NCBI RefSeq assembly: GCF_000002075.1
Contig: NW_004797705.1
Location: 176,727-240,726, forward strand
Reading direction: 5' to 3'
Origin: Aplysia californica
Lineage: Eukaryota
Length of the DNA stretch: 64,000 nucleotides
Positions 63,645 to 64,000 of this stretch are shown piece after piece. A program made the translations under genes and the position numbers. Below the pieces are notes generated by a model that ran no database searches, had not been told where the DNA came from, and saw nothing but the letters and a program-made list of their open reading frames with translations. Every line of letters begins with the position of its first letter. The first letter of the stretch is position 1.

Positions 63645-63870
63645 TAATCGAGAGGTTGCGAGGTCGGGGGGTTCGAGCTGCGGGCCCAACGTTGTGTCCT
63701 TGGGAAAGGCACTTTAAACTAATTTTCCTCACTTCACCCAGGAGGGAATGGGTACCCGGCCATAGACAGCGAAAAATCTTGTGGTATGTCAGTGAGTGTT
63801 TTAGCGCCTATAAATGGCTGCTTGCACTGTAATGAATGCTTCCCAAGAAGTTGAGTTTGTTTCAGAAGAA
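63645..63870 (+). mobile_element. tRNA-derived SINE (CORE-like)
   Basis: gggttcgagc B-box, then gtgtccttgggaaaggcacttt and ttttcctcacttcacccagg..aatgggtacc. Confidence 0.75.
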
Positions 63871-64000
63871 ACCCAAAATATTTATGCTCGATGGGCAAGT
63901 TGTTCTAGATTTAGTAAGTGTAAGTGAGTAGATCTAAAAGTAGCCTTTTAAATTAGATTTAGAAATCTAGATCTAGTAGGCCTCCTCAAAGTCAAGGGAG

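Overview
Eukaryotic (animal) genomic DNA: AT-rich, intron-rich, three assembly gaps, and probably a gastropod mollusc (inference from gene and TE content only). Four spliced protein-coding genes can be rebuilt exon by exon with in-phase GT-AG junctions: an MFSD4/NaGLT1-like MFS transporter (+, 8372-16515), a PHOSPHO2-like HAD phosphatase (-, 26604-32095), CFAP210/CCDC173 (+, 36878-48868) and PGAP3 (-, 55938-61541). PHOSPHO2 and CFAP210 are head-to-head around a compact CRE/CCAAT/X-box region, the same pairing I recall at human 2q31.1. Much of the rest is transposon-derived: nested TA-flanked pogo/Tigger-like MITEs, TTAA piggyBac-like MITEs, foldback elements, a decayed DD41D-type Tc1/mariner, a mariner made of two inverted 3' ends, a full-length frameshifted RTE LINE with an 11-bp TSD and a structured 5' end, and tRNA-derived SINEs. 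I see no clear new multi-gene system. The best leads are the ancient bidirectional gene pair, the structured RTE 5' leader, the clustering of TAGATCTA/TAGGCCTA palindromes, and the unusual foldback elements.
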